In this document: one piece after another, positions 52,549-64,000 of the stretch
How the letters are laid out: the number at the start of each line of letters is the position of its first letter
How positions within the stretch are numbered: the first letter of the stretch is position 1
Assembly (NCBI GenBank): GCA_002633005.1
Contig: NMRA01000683.1
Coordinates: 142,070 to 206,069 of the forward strand
Reading direction: 5' to 3'
Length of the DNA stretch: 64,000 nt
From: Phoronis australis
Lineage: Eukaryota > Animalia > Phoronida
The notes under the pieces: generated by a model
What the model was told of the DNA's origin: nothing
The model's database searches: none
What the model saw: only the letters and a program-made list of their open reading frames with translations
Made by a program: the position numbers and the translations under genes

Positions 52549-53829
52549 AACTAGAAAGATTATTGTCACGGCGTGACATTAACGGACTCTGCGCGTGCGT
52601 ATTACTAGAATTATTATGGGAAGTTACTGACAGCAACCCGTTTACCAATATGAAAAGGGATTCTTTAAAATTGTAGGAAAAATTACATATTAATTTTTTG
52701 ATGACCTTTCCACTAATGGACCTCTTCCGGTGCATTATGAGCGCCGATGAGGGAGTAATTGTTAACTCGATTAAAACTGTGGTTAATGCTAATAATCACA
52801 GATGTTTTACTTTAAGCATTTCAGAATACAAGATGAATGAAATGGTCAAACTTTCAGAAGAAAAGTGCATTTAATGACCCCATGGGTGCACCAAATGACC
52901 TGAAAATTTAGAATTCAAACTCAATCGCATTTAGTAAACAGATACGTAATTCTGAAGTCTCTAGCTCAAAATTTTAGTTTGCACTCAATGACCTTTGACC
53001 TATTTTTCTGATTGGTTAGGCTTATTGCGAAGTAAAGTAGGGCATTCAATTGGTATTTTGACTTACACCAGTATGCTGAAATTGAAAAGAATTCCTTGAA
53101 AAACGTAAGACATATAACATTTTGAACGTTACATGACCTTTGCACTAATTGACCTTATCCGTTGCATTTTAAGCATCTTTAGGAGAATTATTGCAAAGCC
53201 CATGGAAAATGTGTTTGACGCTGAGAATCACAGTTGTCTAACGGTTGACACATCAGAATACTTGCTGATTAAAAAGGTCAAATATTCAGAAGAAAATGCA
53301 CCTAATGACCCCATGTTAGCACTAAATGATCTGAAACTTTGGATTCCGATTTGGTTTACCTCTGGCAATCAGACCCGGCAATTTGAAGTGTCTAGCTCAA
53401 AATTTTAGTTTGCACCTAATGACCTTTGACCAATTTCACCTGATTGGATGACCCGATTACTTAGAAAAGTAATTTTTTAAATTTTCATGTTGACTTGTAC
53501 CTGTGCATCGTATTTGAAAGAGATAGCTTTGAAACTGAAGGAGTAGCATTTTGAAAATTATATGACCTTTGCACCAAACGACCTCTTCCGGTGCAATATG
53601 GAATATGATTATATAACCAATAAAAATTTATATACTGTCAAAAGTCATATGCTGAATTTAAAGACCGTACCTACACCAAGAATAAGAAGAATAAGAAGAA
53701 TAAAATTGAAGAAAACCCAGGAACAACAGTACTCTGCGCTTACACGCGCAGAGTAATAACAAGAATAAGAATAAGAATAAGAATAAGAATAAAATTGAAG
53801 AAACAACAGTACTACGCGCAGAGTAATAA
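52549..53829 (-). mobile_element. HINE/DINE-1-like element, copy 2, with duplicated terminus
   Basis: Closely similar to 51184-52429. The terminus acgcgcagagtaataa occurs twice (53744, 53814), separated by (AAGAAT)n. Confidence 0.8.
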
Positions 53830-54291
53830 GAAATTGGGGACCAGGCCAAAAGTAAAAAGTGATGTTGGGTAGGAAGAGTCCCAGTTACTCACATGAATGT
53901 ACTGAACAACTGAAACACCATTTATGTTCGACACTTGGACTGAACAAAAATAGTGCATCGCAGCTCGTTTCCAGAGATGAAAAGGAGACCGCAGGTTGGC
54001 GTAAATGCAAGTACAGTGTAGGTCATTTATTATGGGCAGATTATCAGGCGTCAGGGGAAGACACGAGGACCCTGAGCGAACAAAATGGAAAATTGATGGG
54101 TTACGAACAGATTTGTTCGGAGTAATTTGACGGTAGTCACAGGAAATTACTGAATGCCCAAGGGGCGCTGCAAATTGAGGGGCTACATGATCTGTCTCCA
54201 GCTCCCTTTGGCAGACTACTGTGTGAAGCTCAGATATGGCTATTTGACTAAATTGACAATGCATTCCACCCGGTAGCTACTGGCTGCAAGC

Positions 54292-54492
54292 CATTGTTCT
54301 AAAACCCCCTCAACCCCCACATCCCAGGACCCCTCGACTCACAAATCCCACGACCTACACCCCCTCGACCAACTTGAAAGACCTGTGGCAATAGATGTGA
54401 CTGCGCTTTTTGCACATTTCATAATCATATTTCGTTACGTGGGTCGAGGGGATCGTGGGGTGTGGGTGTCTAGGGGTTTTTAGAACAATCCC
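54292..54492. mobile_element. Internally deleted copy of the MULE-like element at the orthologous site
   Basis: TIRs attgttctaaaacccc / ggggtttttagaacaatccc; perfect 9-bp TSD gctgcaagc. Confidence 0.8.
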
Positions 54493-54836
54493 GCTGCAAG
54501 CTCCTCTCTCTGTGCATTCGTGACTGATGGTAGTCTCGACAGTCGTACTGCAAATCAGTAGACCTACCCTAATGCATCCTAAACGTTTCCTCCGGCATGA
54601 GCATCCTTATCAAGATTCTTCGTCTTAGAATTGCAAACAGGTAAAGCATGAGTTAGGATCAGTTAAGGGAGTTATCATTCCGCTGGCTGACTGAGACACT
54701 TTTAAATTATTACTTGTCTGTTGAAAATGCTCATTAATTAACATCCTTTTCACGGGGTACAGACTTAATGTTACACCAGTACCACTATGCTTTAGTACTA
54801 ATTTGCTTACAGTAGCACTGCCTGTTAACCATGTAA

Positions 54837-56337
54837 AGGCGATTGCCACCTAAAGAGCAACCTGTTTTGTATCAATTTAGATCAATAACAGCAACTTCAG
54901 TTGTTTAACCTGACACCTAACGGCAGACGGAGGTGTTGAAATTAACCAATGACATATTCGGTTCTAACGCAGTCTGTTCAGCCGTTCACAACACGCTTAC
55001 TGGTGTCAACTTATCGCTTGAGTTCATCGTTGTACATCAATAAATCATCAAAATTCGATGACACCCCTTACAAATACATCGACTTCTTGAACAAACGTGT
55101 TGTTTTATCTCACTGTCATTTGAACGTACCGTAGCCTACAGAGTTCGGCAGGCCAATTTCCCGTGGTTGATCGCGGGAGTTTTTATGTTAGGGGATAAAT
55201 TCGAATCATTCTTCCGTGAAATACAGACGGGGGAACATAGCTGTGATTTTTTTCAGTTCTAAACACACCTAACGCTTGTTACTCTCCGCCAGTGGCTCGG
55301 AACCCGATCAGGCCTGTCGCGCCGCCGGGACTGTACGTCACAAACAGAAACCAGCCTTAGTTAAAAACTAAACCTCCAGTAACGATAAAACTATAATAGT
55401 GAGCCAAAAAATAATGTGCACGTAATTATTTAGGTGAATTTTCCACCAAACTTAAAATCTACTCACTGGTCGGGGGCCGCGAAGTCAGGTTCCCCTTCCA
55501 CCGAACCGTCAGGGCAAAGGTTGTACAGTAACAATGATTTGAATAATGCATTTGTATATCTAAATAAAGATTCCCCTAACATGTGACCACATCATATAAA
55601 AACCAGTTATTAATTGTTTCACAACAGCTTTCTGTCAGCAAACACTGAATTAGCATGCGCTCACACGGCCTCGCTGCCCGGTCAATTACTTTTCATGCAT
55701 CTAAAGCCGGTAACGCAGTGGTTTATTATTGCTGGCTTTTCAAAACATTTCCACTCTGGAATACTCCAAAAGCATTCCAAATTGTATATAATGAAACGAA
55801 CTTTGTTTCAGTTTTATATAATGAAACGGACTTTGTTTCAGTTTTACATAAGCATTGGTTAGGGTGAGAATAATTTATTTTGAAAAAGAACGCAGAATAA
55901 TAAGCGTCTACATGGCACAGGCAACAGAAGATATGGATAGTTCTTTGGTAAGACGGAATTCGTCAGAGAAATCACTGTCGACGAAATGCCGGCCACTGAC
56001 ACGGAGATGTTGCATGGCCTCATACTTGCTATTAACAGCGCACTTTTCATTATTCACTACCGCGAGCCACTTCCTAAGCATTTCAGGCTCTCGAGGAAGA
56101 GAAAAAAAACGATATACCCGCTTTCTTCGCAGCTTCATAGTTCGGACAAGCGGGAAGGATGCACCCCAATATAGAGCAGCATTCACTCTGCAGATGAACA
56201 CTGACGTCGTTTCTCACCTTCCTCACAGGTTAACGCGACACCTCTCGGCAAGGTGAGGTCGACCGTATCAGAGCACGATGTGAATATAGACCGATTAAGA
56301 CGGTAAAAAGACTAATTAAATCGGGTGGCATTCTCCT
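54837..56337. mobile_element. Complete non-autonomous Kolobok element with THAP remnant
   Basis: Ends AGGCGATTGCCACC ... GGGTGGCATTCTCCT. On -: FFSLPREPEMLRKWL..LRVSGRHFVDSDF. Confidence 0.85.
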
Positions 56338-57415
56338 TTTATGAAGTTCTTCACATCTGTCATTATGTCAGAAGAACCCCATAGCACGTAATAAGTTTAA
56401 GACAAAACTATTAATAAAAAGTAAACGAGGTTACATTACATGAGGAAAGCGTGTTTTTTCAAATGTTGCGTCACGAGGTTGAAAGTTTTTGATACGTCGC
56501 GCTTTTAGGCAAAAAGGTCGTTTTTACAGTTCATGAGAGAGCCCAAATCGGCAAGCCTCCGGATTTTGACATGGGACTCGTATAGGATTCTCTGTTTATC
56601 GCAGTGAGATATCAGTTCCCTAAAAACAATAGAGGATGTTGCATGGCTCTTATCATATATGATGAGGCAAATATAGTTCGGCCCACTCAATTTCAGCAGC
56701 CACATCATTCGTAAAATGTTTGGTAGCGGTTGATGTGATACGGTGGGTATAGTGTAAAATACATGCTCTGGAACGTTATCCGTTCTGTTTACCTTGAAAC
56801 AGGGTTCAATCCACTGAGCTTGCCCCTAATTCTACGTGGCTGTATATTATTCCTGGGAGTTTTTCCAAGAAGCTCTGCGATATTTTTTGCTATATTTTCA
56901 GACATTTATGACAGATTTTTGTTTTTAGATTGAACGACTTTACATTTTATGCGAGCGTGTTATGATTTCTACGAACTCTTTATGAAAAACAGAACGGTCA
57001 ATTAACTAGTTTGCCGACATTTTTGTCTTTAGGATACTGGAAAGGGAGTCCAGCGTTGCTTGCGTGTTTGAGCAATTTTCGCACCTACTCCGATGTACCG
57101 TGGCAGAAAACCAACAACATTTGTCCTGGCACCTTCCAATTAGCTGTTATGGAATGCTGGTTTGCCTTGTGGGGAATATTTGTGTTCCCAAACATCACGT
57201 TACGAGGCCAAAGGTCAATCTTTAGGGGATTGTTTTTATTATGGATTTGAAACAATGTCAGTCAAACTCACGTTTATTAGGAAAAGATACATCACAGTGA
57301 CACCACCTTGTAGGACTTTGCAATTTAAGGTTAAGAATGATGCAAACGTTGGTGAGAAATCCTTAGTCACAGTTGTTGCTCAATCACGGCGTTCTCCCTT
57401 ATAATCAGTGTCTTT

Positions 57416-57575
57416 CTAAAGTTCACTAAAGTACTCCTCAGGAGTGTGGAAAGTGATGCCAACTTTCTCGGCGAACAATTTGTCCGAGTTGCTAAGATCT
57501 CCGGGTCTCCCTGCGGCGTCTCCAACATACACCGCAGTGGACGGGTCAATGGTCTTGAACTGATTCAGTCTGCAG
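57416..57575 (-). CDS. Terminal exon of GMC-PNK3P gene: HAD motif IV of polynucleotide 3'-phosphatase-like domain
   Basis: Phase-2 acceptor attcttacag|c. Reads CRLNQFKTIDPSTAVYVGDAAGRPGDLSNSDKLFAEKVGITFHTPEEYFSEL*. Confidence 0.88.
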
Positions 57576-59170
57576 CTGTAAGAATATTTTGTGTATGTTA
57601 ATGGTGTGTAGCACTTTATCGACTGGTCTAGGTATTTCTAGGTATCAAACAAAATATCTGAAAAACTATATATTTTAATACAAAAAGTATACAGTTTCCG
57701 AAAATAGAAAGCCTGTGGAACTTGCTTTTTGAATTTACATGTACATCAATCTGTCATTACTTGGGTCACGTGAATACAAACAACATTATCAACTACAATA
57801 TCAAAACTCATTTGACTTAAATGTTTCTGATAAAATCTCAAAACGGTGTGACAGTTTTCTTAATTGTCATTTCGTTTTCGTTTTATACATCTGTTGATTT
57901 TTTTTCTTAACCATCTGTAAAAGTCATAATCGGAATATCCCATCTTGCAAAAGTGAAGAATTTTAAAGCCAATCAAATACCGTGTTAGAGAACAGCGTAA
58001 ATACGATCAGCTATTTCTGTGATATGATGTTTCGACATTTGCCAAATTTGGACATTTTCTATTGCCCTACATAATCGTAAGCCACGTAGGACATTTATTT
58101 TCTATTTACATAACTGTGGATGTAGGTATGGAATTCAACCATGTAAAAGTACACATTTTCTGAAAGTAGAAAACTTTTAGAATTTGATATTTTACGTAAT
58201 GTTAATATGCTCTTAATTGGACCGCATCTTTTTACTGATATTTACAAAAGGTGAAAATACTTTTATATCAAAAAACCCATAACGAACAAAGAAACTTCCG
58301 TCAATATAAATATTCGATGTGAAATCACCAAAACACCAATACAGCTATCTAAACAGTCTTACCGTTTTCGTCTTATTTTGATTTCATTTTGCTTCCTAAA
58401 CATTTTGAATGTCCCAATTTTGATGATCTTTCAAGGCAAAATATAATGCATAAAAATAATTTGTAACAGAATTTTAGAGAACAGTGCAGAATCCGATTTG
58501 AATTCGATCAGTCATCTTTGAGATATGATGTACGACGTTAGCCACTTTATCTAATGCCTCACGTGACCTTAATATTCAATGGATGAAACGGGATATTTAA
58601 AGGTTCATAGTCTCATTAAATTGTGAATATGGAAGTGAAATGCCAATCGCAATCAACCACGGTCCTCCTCCATCATCAGAGATCCAGTTACTATTACACT
58701 GTACAATCTTGCGAATTTCATTATCAAATAACGATTGCGTGATAATTGGAATTGCTAGTTTTCAATATGTGCACAGTTAGTTATTTTTAACGTGTATCAG
58801 TTGAAGTGTTTTCTATAACAAAGCAATTTTTACAAATTGTTTCTTTTTTGGATTTAGCTGTACACACAGTTCTCCAGGACGTCATTAGGTGGTGCTTGAT
58901 ACAAATTCAAATATTCGTGGTTTTAAAGAGACAGGGCATCTGTAAGTTAACTATGAACTATTCTTCCAGACGATCCTCAATAAGATGAGACATATTTAAG
59001 CACACTCGCTGTGTAGCATTATCATGAAAGTGGTTGCAAAATGCTATACTGTACAGTAGTTATCAGTATAACATATTCCATGTGTTTGTTAGTCAAAATT
59101 TAACGGAAACGCCGTCCAGTAGACAGCAAATGGGCCAAAAAAGGCCTGCACAAGATAACATTTTCCATGC

Positions 59171-59322
59171 CTGTAATATGTCCACATCCCGGTGTCAGGC
59201 TTACGAAGATCGTTGTACTCTGTGGCGCCTAGGACAAACATGGGTACACCCAGTTCATTCGTGATGGCTTCAATCTTTGACATCCACTCGTCTTTATTCT
59301 GAGAGCCGCTCCCGATTCCGGC
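59171..59322 (-). CDS. Exon of PNK 3'-phosphatase-like domain (motif III RKP)
   Basis: Phase-0 acceptor ttgttgcag|gcc. Reads AGIGSGSQNKDEWMSKIEAITNELGVPMFVLGATEYNDLRKPDTGMWTYY. The donor appears to be GC (ag|gcatgg), phase 2. Confidence 0.83.
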
Positions 59323-59617
59323 CTGCAACAAATACGTAAGAGAATGATCAACAACCTACAAATCTTTGAACAATCTCCGGCTTGAATTTACTGCAAAATC
59401 GTTTAATTCCGTACTTAGGCGTTACATGGTGGTACTGTGCGTAATAGCGAAGGAAAGGCCCGAAAGGCATTTAATTCAGCCATTGAATGCGACCCCTACG
59501 TGAATCGTTTATAGCAAAAAACCCATCCGGAAATGGAATACGCACATTTGAAACGGCCACGTAGGGGACTCTTAAACTTAAAAAAATCCGTTTGGCTTCG
59601 GCCTAATATAGATATAT

Positions 59618-59620
<3 letters not shown>

Positions 59621-59654
<34 letters not shown>
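59621..59654. repeat. (GT)17 microsatellite in intron
   Basis: Direct read. Confidence 0.95.
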
Positions 59655-59656
<2 letters not shown>

Positions 59657-59931
59657 CATTGAAAAGTAAATGTACAGTGTTTTATTTACTATTTCAACTG
59701 CCATCTGAAGAAAGACATTTATGTAGACAATACGAAAGTTTGTTGAACAAGCTATCTAATGCCAAGAACAGCTTACTTACAATGAAACATGTATAAAAGA
59801 AGGTCTGCTACCCAAATACAAAGATTTTTGTATATCTATATGCATATATGGTTCTAACAATCATATTCTTTTGCAAATTACAGAGTCGCTTGAATATAGC
59901 GTGGAAATGAACGTACGTCTGAATGTTTTAC

Positions 59932-60478
59932 CTGGTTGCTCATAATAACGTTACTGATGCCTCTCTTGTGATTGTCTTGTATTTTGAGTTTGACATTTTC
60001 GGATGTGAATGTCCAGTCTTTTTCATCGACAGGGAAATCTCTTCCACTTTTCGTCTTACTAATGGTATTGTCCAGATCAAAAGACACCACGTGCTCATTT
60101 GAATAAATCCGCCTATTCGTTTCGTAGTAGAGAAGACCGTTGGAGAGCTGTGTCCACCAGCCAGGGAGGGTGTTGAGCGGGGGATATTCACGAGAGAAGC
60201 GACGACCTGAGCTCCAAAACACAGTCTCGAGGAGAAATCCGGCCAGCTCCTCATACCAGTCAGTGTCTGGGTTGGCAATCATCGAGCCCGTGCGGAAGAA
60301 TGCCGAAGATCCCGGGTGGCGGGCGACCACTTTTTTTGTCGCGTAGTAGTCCACCAATGGAAGTGCTAGGTCAGGCTCTTTGTAAATCCACTCACGTTTG
60401 GAGTCATCCACATATACAAGTATGGAGCATATCTCCGGCTGACAGTTCAGGGTGAAGCAGTGCTCAGACCCACGAACC
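59932..60478 (-). CDS. Exon: end of unknown domain + start of PNK 3'-phosphatase (HAD motifs I, II)
   Basis: Phase-2 acceptor cataacag|g. Contains VVSFDLDNTISKTKSGRDFPVDEKDW..VIMSNQ|gtaaa, phase 0. Confidence 0.87.
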
Positions 60479-60975
60479 CTGTTATGTACGCACAAGTTGG
60501 TATTAAGCAACAGCTGGCAGTCAGAGACACAGTAACATTCTTAGCTATTTGGCATTATCTTTTAATTATTGGAATACAGTGGCTTATTGAATATAATTTT
60601 CTCTTTTTCTTGGCAAATCACATGCGGAACGTTAGAAAGTTTAGTTAGCAATAGCTTGCAGGAGGGGAAATAACGTGCCCAAAGTATTGAACGCACGAAA
60701 CTTTGTTTCTCAAAGCACACTCTTGACTGAAAATCGTGTTTAATTCCTGTTTTCTACATCAGGTGTCACAAGCTTTTCAAGATTATGCAACGAGCATCTC
60801 AAAACACAACAGATGAAAGTATGTGCATGATATGTTCGTGTCTACTAAAACAGCATACGATTTGTCCACTTAGTTTAACTCCCAAATGACGATCTACCTG
60901 AGTTTGTCCGAACTATCTTATTATACCATGCTTTTCCATATTTAGCCTGCTCATGTAAAAGAGCTGCGAACATAC

Positions 60976-61927
60976 CTGCCGCCTTCTCCCTTCCATGAAC
61001 CAGCTTTCGCCCATAATGCATCGGGATCGACACCTGAGAAAGCTTGGCACCACACGGCAAAAACGTAGGGGGATACCTTATGCTTTGGAGTCGGCTCTTT
61101 TGGATCGGGAGTTGCTTCTGGTCTGTTGAACTTGGGGTAACCTTCAGCATTGCAACCGTCTTTTGGATCAGTTCCCAATGTAGCCACAGCTGCTAAGTCT
61201 GCAATTTCACGCTCATTGGTGCCTTCGTCGCAAACAAAGGACCATTTAACAATCAAAGCTGAAGTATCTTTCCCTGTTGAAATCCATTCAGAGGACACCG
61301 ACACATTCATGCAATTTGAAGCTGATTTCACAGAGCCCATGTCTATAGTTGCATGACCAGGAGGTAGTTCGGACTCGAAGGCAGTTTTTTCTCTTGGAAT
61401 TGTTAAGTCTTTACGAACTGCCACGTTTACGTATTTCAGATATTGGAACTTGAGCATGTCTGCCAGTTTTTCACCCATAGCGAAAAGAGTAGCGGATGGA
61501 TTTCCGTCGGTTTGTGTTGCGAAGGCTGAGGCATCACATACTCTGAGATTAGAAACTCCTCTCACTTGTAGAAACTCATCAGCACAGTCTGGCATTTTGC
61601 ATGTACCGACAGGGTGAAGTGCAGACACCAGCATTCCACGCAACCATGTGTTCAGCTTGTCGTCCGTATCTATATCCATTCCCGGCTCAATTTCCCCCAA
61701 AATCAGGTCTTTCAACTCTTTCCTAACATTTTTTCCAAAGAACATACTGCGCAACACGTGAATTTGATCTCGATAAAACTTAGAGACCTTCTTGAACGAT
61801 TCTGTTGGTACTCCATCATTAGTGTATTCCCAACCATACTCTACCTCCGGCTTGTCGAATATGTTTGAAGTAAGTGCTTTGACATGGCCGCGGTACTCAG
61901 GCCACTGATCGATGACACGAATAGTAC
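60976..61927 (-). CDS. Exon: GMC oxidoreductase C-terminal domain + start of unknown domain
   Basis: Phase-1 acceptor gctttag|gt. Contains PEYRGHV and ALHPVGTCKM..LQVRGVSNLRVCDASAF..GNPSATLFAMGEKLADML. Donor ggcag|gtatgt, phase 2. Confidence 0.88.
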
Positions 61928-62449
61928 CTAAAGCAGTCAAAGTAATGTTTTTTCTCAGAGGTATACATCATGATTAAATCACTTAAATCACAATGTGAAG
62001 CAGCACTGTCTTTCATTTTGCTATCAAAATCAATTTCCAATAAATATATGCATATACATATTTAAAGATGTATTTTTATGCTTCTAATCATGCTTATGTT
62101 AAGAAAGAACTACGTTAATTAAAATGCAGTTGTATTTACTGAAAACTTGTAAATGTGAAAACCAAAAATCCTGCAAATAGGTAACCCGTGCAGTAATTAC
62201 GTATATCGGTGGCTCACTGACATAGCCCGTAGCATGTAGTGTTATTCCCCAGCACCATGTCATGAAATTTAATCACTGGACGAGGCTAGGTGAATTGAGG
62301 TGGATGATTTTCGTCGAAAAACTCGTTCTTAAACACATTTGGAAATTTCTAACCTACGTCATATTCAAGTTGTCACTGCAAGTTGTGTTTCTAACTAGAT
62401 TGGCCAATTATTACAAAGATAAGGACTTAAGCTATCAGTTCCACTTTAC

Positions 62450-62749
62450 GTACTTGGTTTGAACACAGAATTTTGTCAAATACACTTTGGTGGAGACACA
62501 CACGTCTAAATTTCGGCGTATTTCTCAGTCCGCCAAAGAGCAAAAATACAGCAGACGACCAAGAGACATTGAATTGATACATGGAAAGAATGTTAAATTC
62601 GAGACAGGTCTTCACTTCATCTGTTTGTGAATGATCTTCATCCGAAAAGCGAAGTGCATTATGAATAATTTTACCGTGTGTAAACTCCTCCTCTTGATAG
62701 TTCTTCGCATCATCGTACTGATTAGGACGATCTTTTAAACATAACGGAC
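62450..62749 (-). CDS. Probable upstream exon of the GMC gene (donor uncertain)
   Basis: Good acceptor ttatttcctttccacag|gt and an open frame (GPLCLKDRPNQYDD..). The phase-compatible donor (gtac|gtaaag) is weak. Confidence 0.5.
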
Positions 62750-63239
62750 CTGTGGAAAGGAAATAATGAAAGAAAAAAATGGTGTTAATCATGCTGACTG
62801 TTAGCCAGTCAGCAAACACTATGAACACTAACGTCAAAATACAACTAGGACTTGAGCATTAAGTTCATAGAACTCAAAATTTCACTGTCCGGGTATTTCT
62901 GCTCGTCACCTCATCTTGAAACTTACATCAACGTGTTGAGCCCGGTGATGGGGGTTCATGCAAAATTTGGGAAGCCAACCGGCACTGACTGACCGTGCCC
63001 GTTACAACCGTTTAAGTGGAAAGCCATTTAATGAAAGTCATTTTCTAGCGTCACTCTCCGTTTTCGTCAACTTGAAAACTGTATGCTCATGAAATGCGCA
63101 TCCGTCATTTGCTAACTTAGTAAGATATCTTTTTGGAAATGATGGCAGCTTTGATGAAGCAAAATTGATAAGAAGTTCGGTTTGCTGGTACTAAAATACT
63201 AAGTACTTTTACTGAAGTGAGAACAGCTACCATAATATG

Positions 63240-63480
63240 GTACTCTGCGCATACTAGCGCTGAGTGTAGTCATTCTCGGGTTTTTATCTTTTTCTTTTTA
63301 TGACTCCCCGTACAAGAACAGATTCTTTTAGTCCTGGTTTTTTAAATCTTTTTTCTTCTTATTACCCTGCGCGTACAAGCGCTGAGTCTTGTTATTCTCG
63401 GGTCTTTACTTTTTTGTATTATTATTATGCGCGTCCTAGTGCAGATTCTTGTATCTCTTGAGTTTTTATCTTGTTTCTTA
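63240..63480 (+). repeat. Degenerate ~60-bp tandem array of HINE-terminus-like units
   Basis: Four units such as attaccctgcgcgtacaagcgctgagtcttgttattctcgggt resemble the reverse complement of the HINE end at 53710-53759. Confidence 0.6.
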
Positions 63481-63930
63481 TTATTTTTCATGTTTATTGT
63501 GATATAGTCAATACAATAAATATACAGACCCAGAAAGGGTGAAGAGGCATTGTATCTGGGCTAAACAGTTCAATACAATGAAATCTTTATACAATTACGA
63601 ACATGTGTGCTCCCATCTTAGAAGATGATGGGGCTCGAATTTTTTAGAGTGTTGAGTTTTTAATAAAGAAATAAAAAACGGAGTACGTTCAGAGCTATGA
63701 ATTGCTCTTAACTTCATAGTGGACTTTTGTCGTATTTTCTACTGTATCTCTGTGGCAAACCTATTTGCCCACATAGCCAAATGGATGACTCATTCGAGCT
63801 CCCGAGCTCCCCTCCACCCTTAATGCGCGTATGATACACACATAAATTAATTGATAAACTAAGATTAAGATTACAATGCTATGTTCTAAATGTAAACATT
63901 AGTACGAATATAATGGAATCATTTTTTTCG

Positions 63931-64000
63931 TACTACTCTGCGCGCACCAGTTTTAGAGAATATCGGGTCATCTAATCAGATTAAATAGGTTAAAGGCCAT
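63931..64000 (+). mobile_element. HINE fragment running off the window end
   Basis: actctgcgcg subTIR, then tcgggtcatctaatcag..aggttaaaggccat, similar to the reverse complement of the HINE internal repeat. Confidence 0.6.

Larger units (their letters stand above)
48080..54835 (+). repeat. Segmental/tandem gene duplication, copy B
   Basis: Colinear with 1020-5810, expanded by two HINE insertions. Confidence 0.9.

Noticed and set aside
57011-57250. Cys-containing + strand ORFs as a further exon of the secreted protein
   Set aside because: The gene already ends at 49674 with a polyA signal, and no frame here gives a recognisable pattern.
57416-60100. Canonical PNKP ortholog
   Set aside because: The stop follows the phosphatase domain directly (no kinase), and the upstream sequence is not FHA. 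No gene symbol was assigned.

Overview
AT-rich, repeat-dense animal genomic DNA with spliceosomal introns, probably from an invertebrate (inferred from the TE repertoire). Most of the window is transposon debris: a Penelope 3' end, a HERO-type non-LTR element, mariner, four Kolobok copies, Sola3-like, ISL2EU-like, Gypsy, L1/Tx1, two solo LTRs, HINE/Helentron-like elements and MITEs. Two spliced host genes that the ORF track only shows as fragments can be reconstructed by hand. (1) A 3-exon + strand gene (46135-49674) encodes a 166-aa secreted prepropeptide: signal peptide, very acidic propiece, and an extremely Arg-rich Cys-rich C-terminal domain ending in PxGCxC, resembling a spaetzle/IL-17-type cystine knot. 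The last exon of a paralog lies at 2515-2662 inside a ~5 kb tandem duplication, and this exon is more diverged than the flanking non-coding DNA. (2) The 3' part of a - strand gene (62749-57416) splices a GMC oxidoreductase C-terminal domain in frame to an unknown ~260-aa domain and a complete PNKP-type HAD 3'-phosphatase domain. All gene models and family calls come from manual reading; no database search was run.
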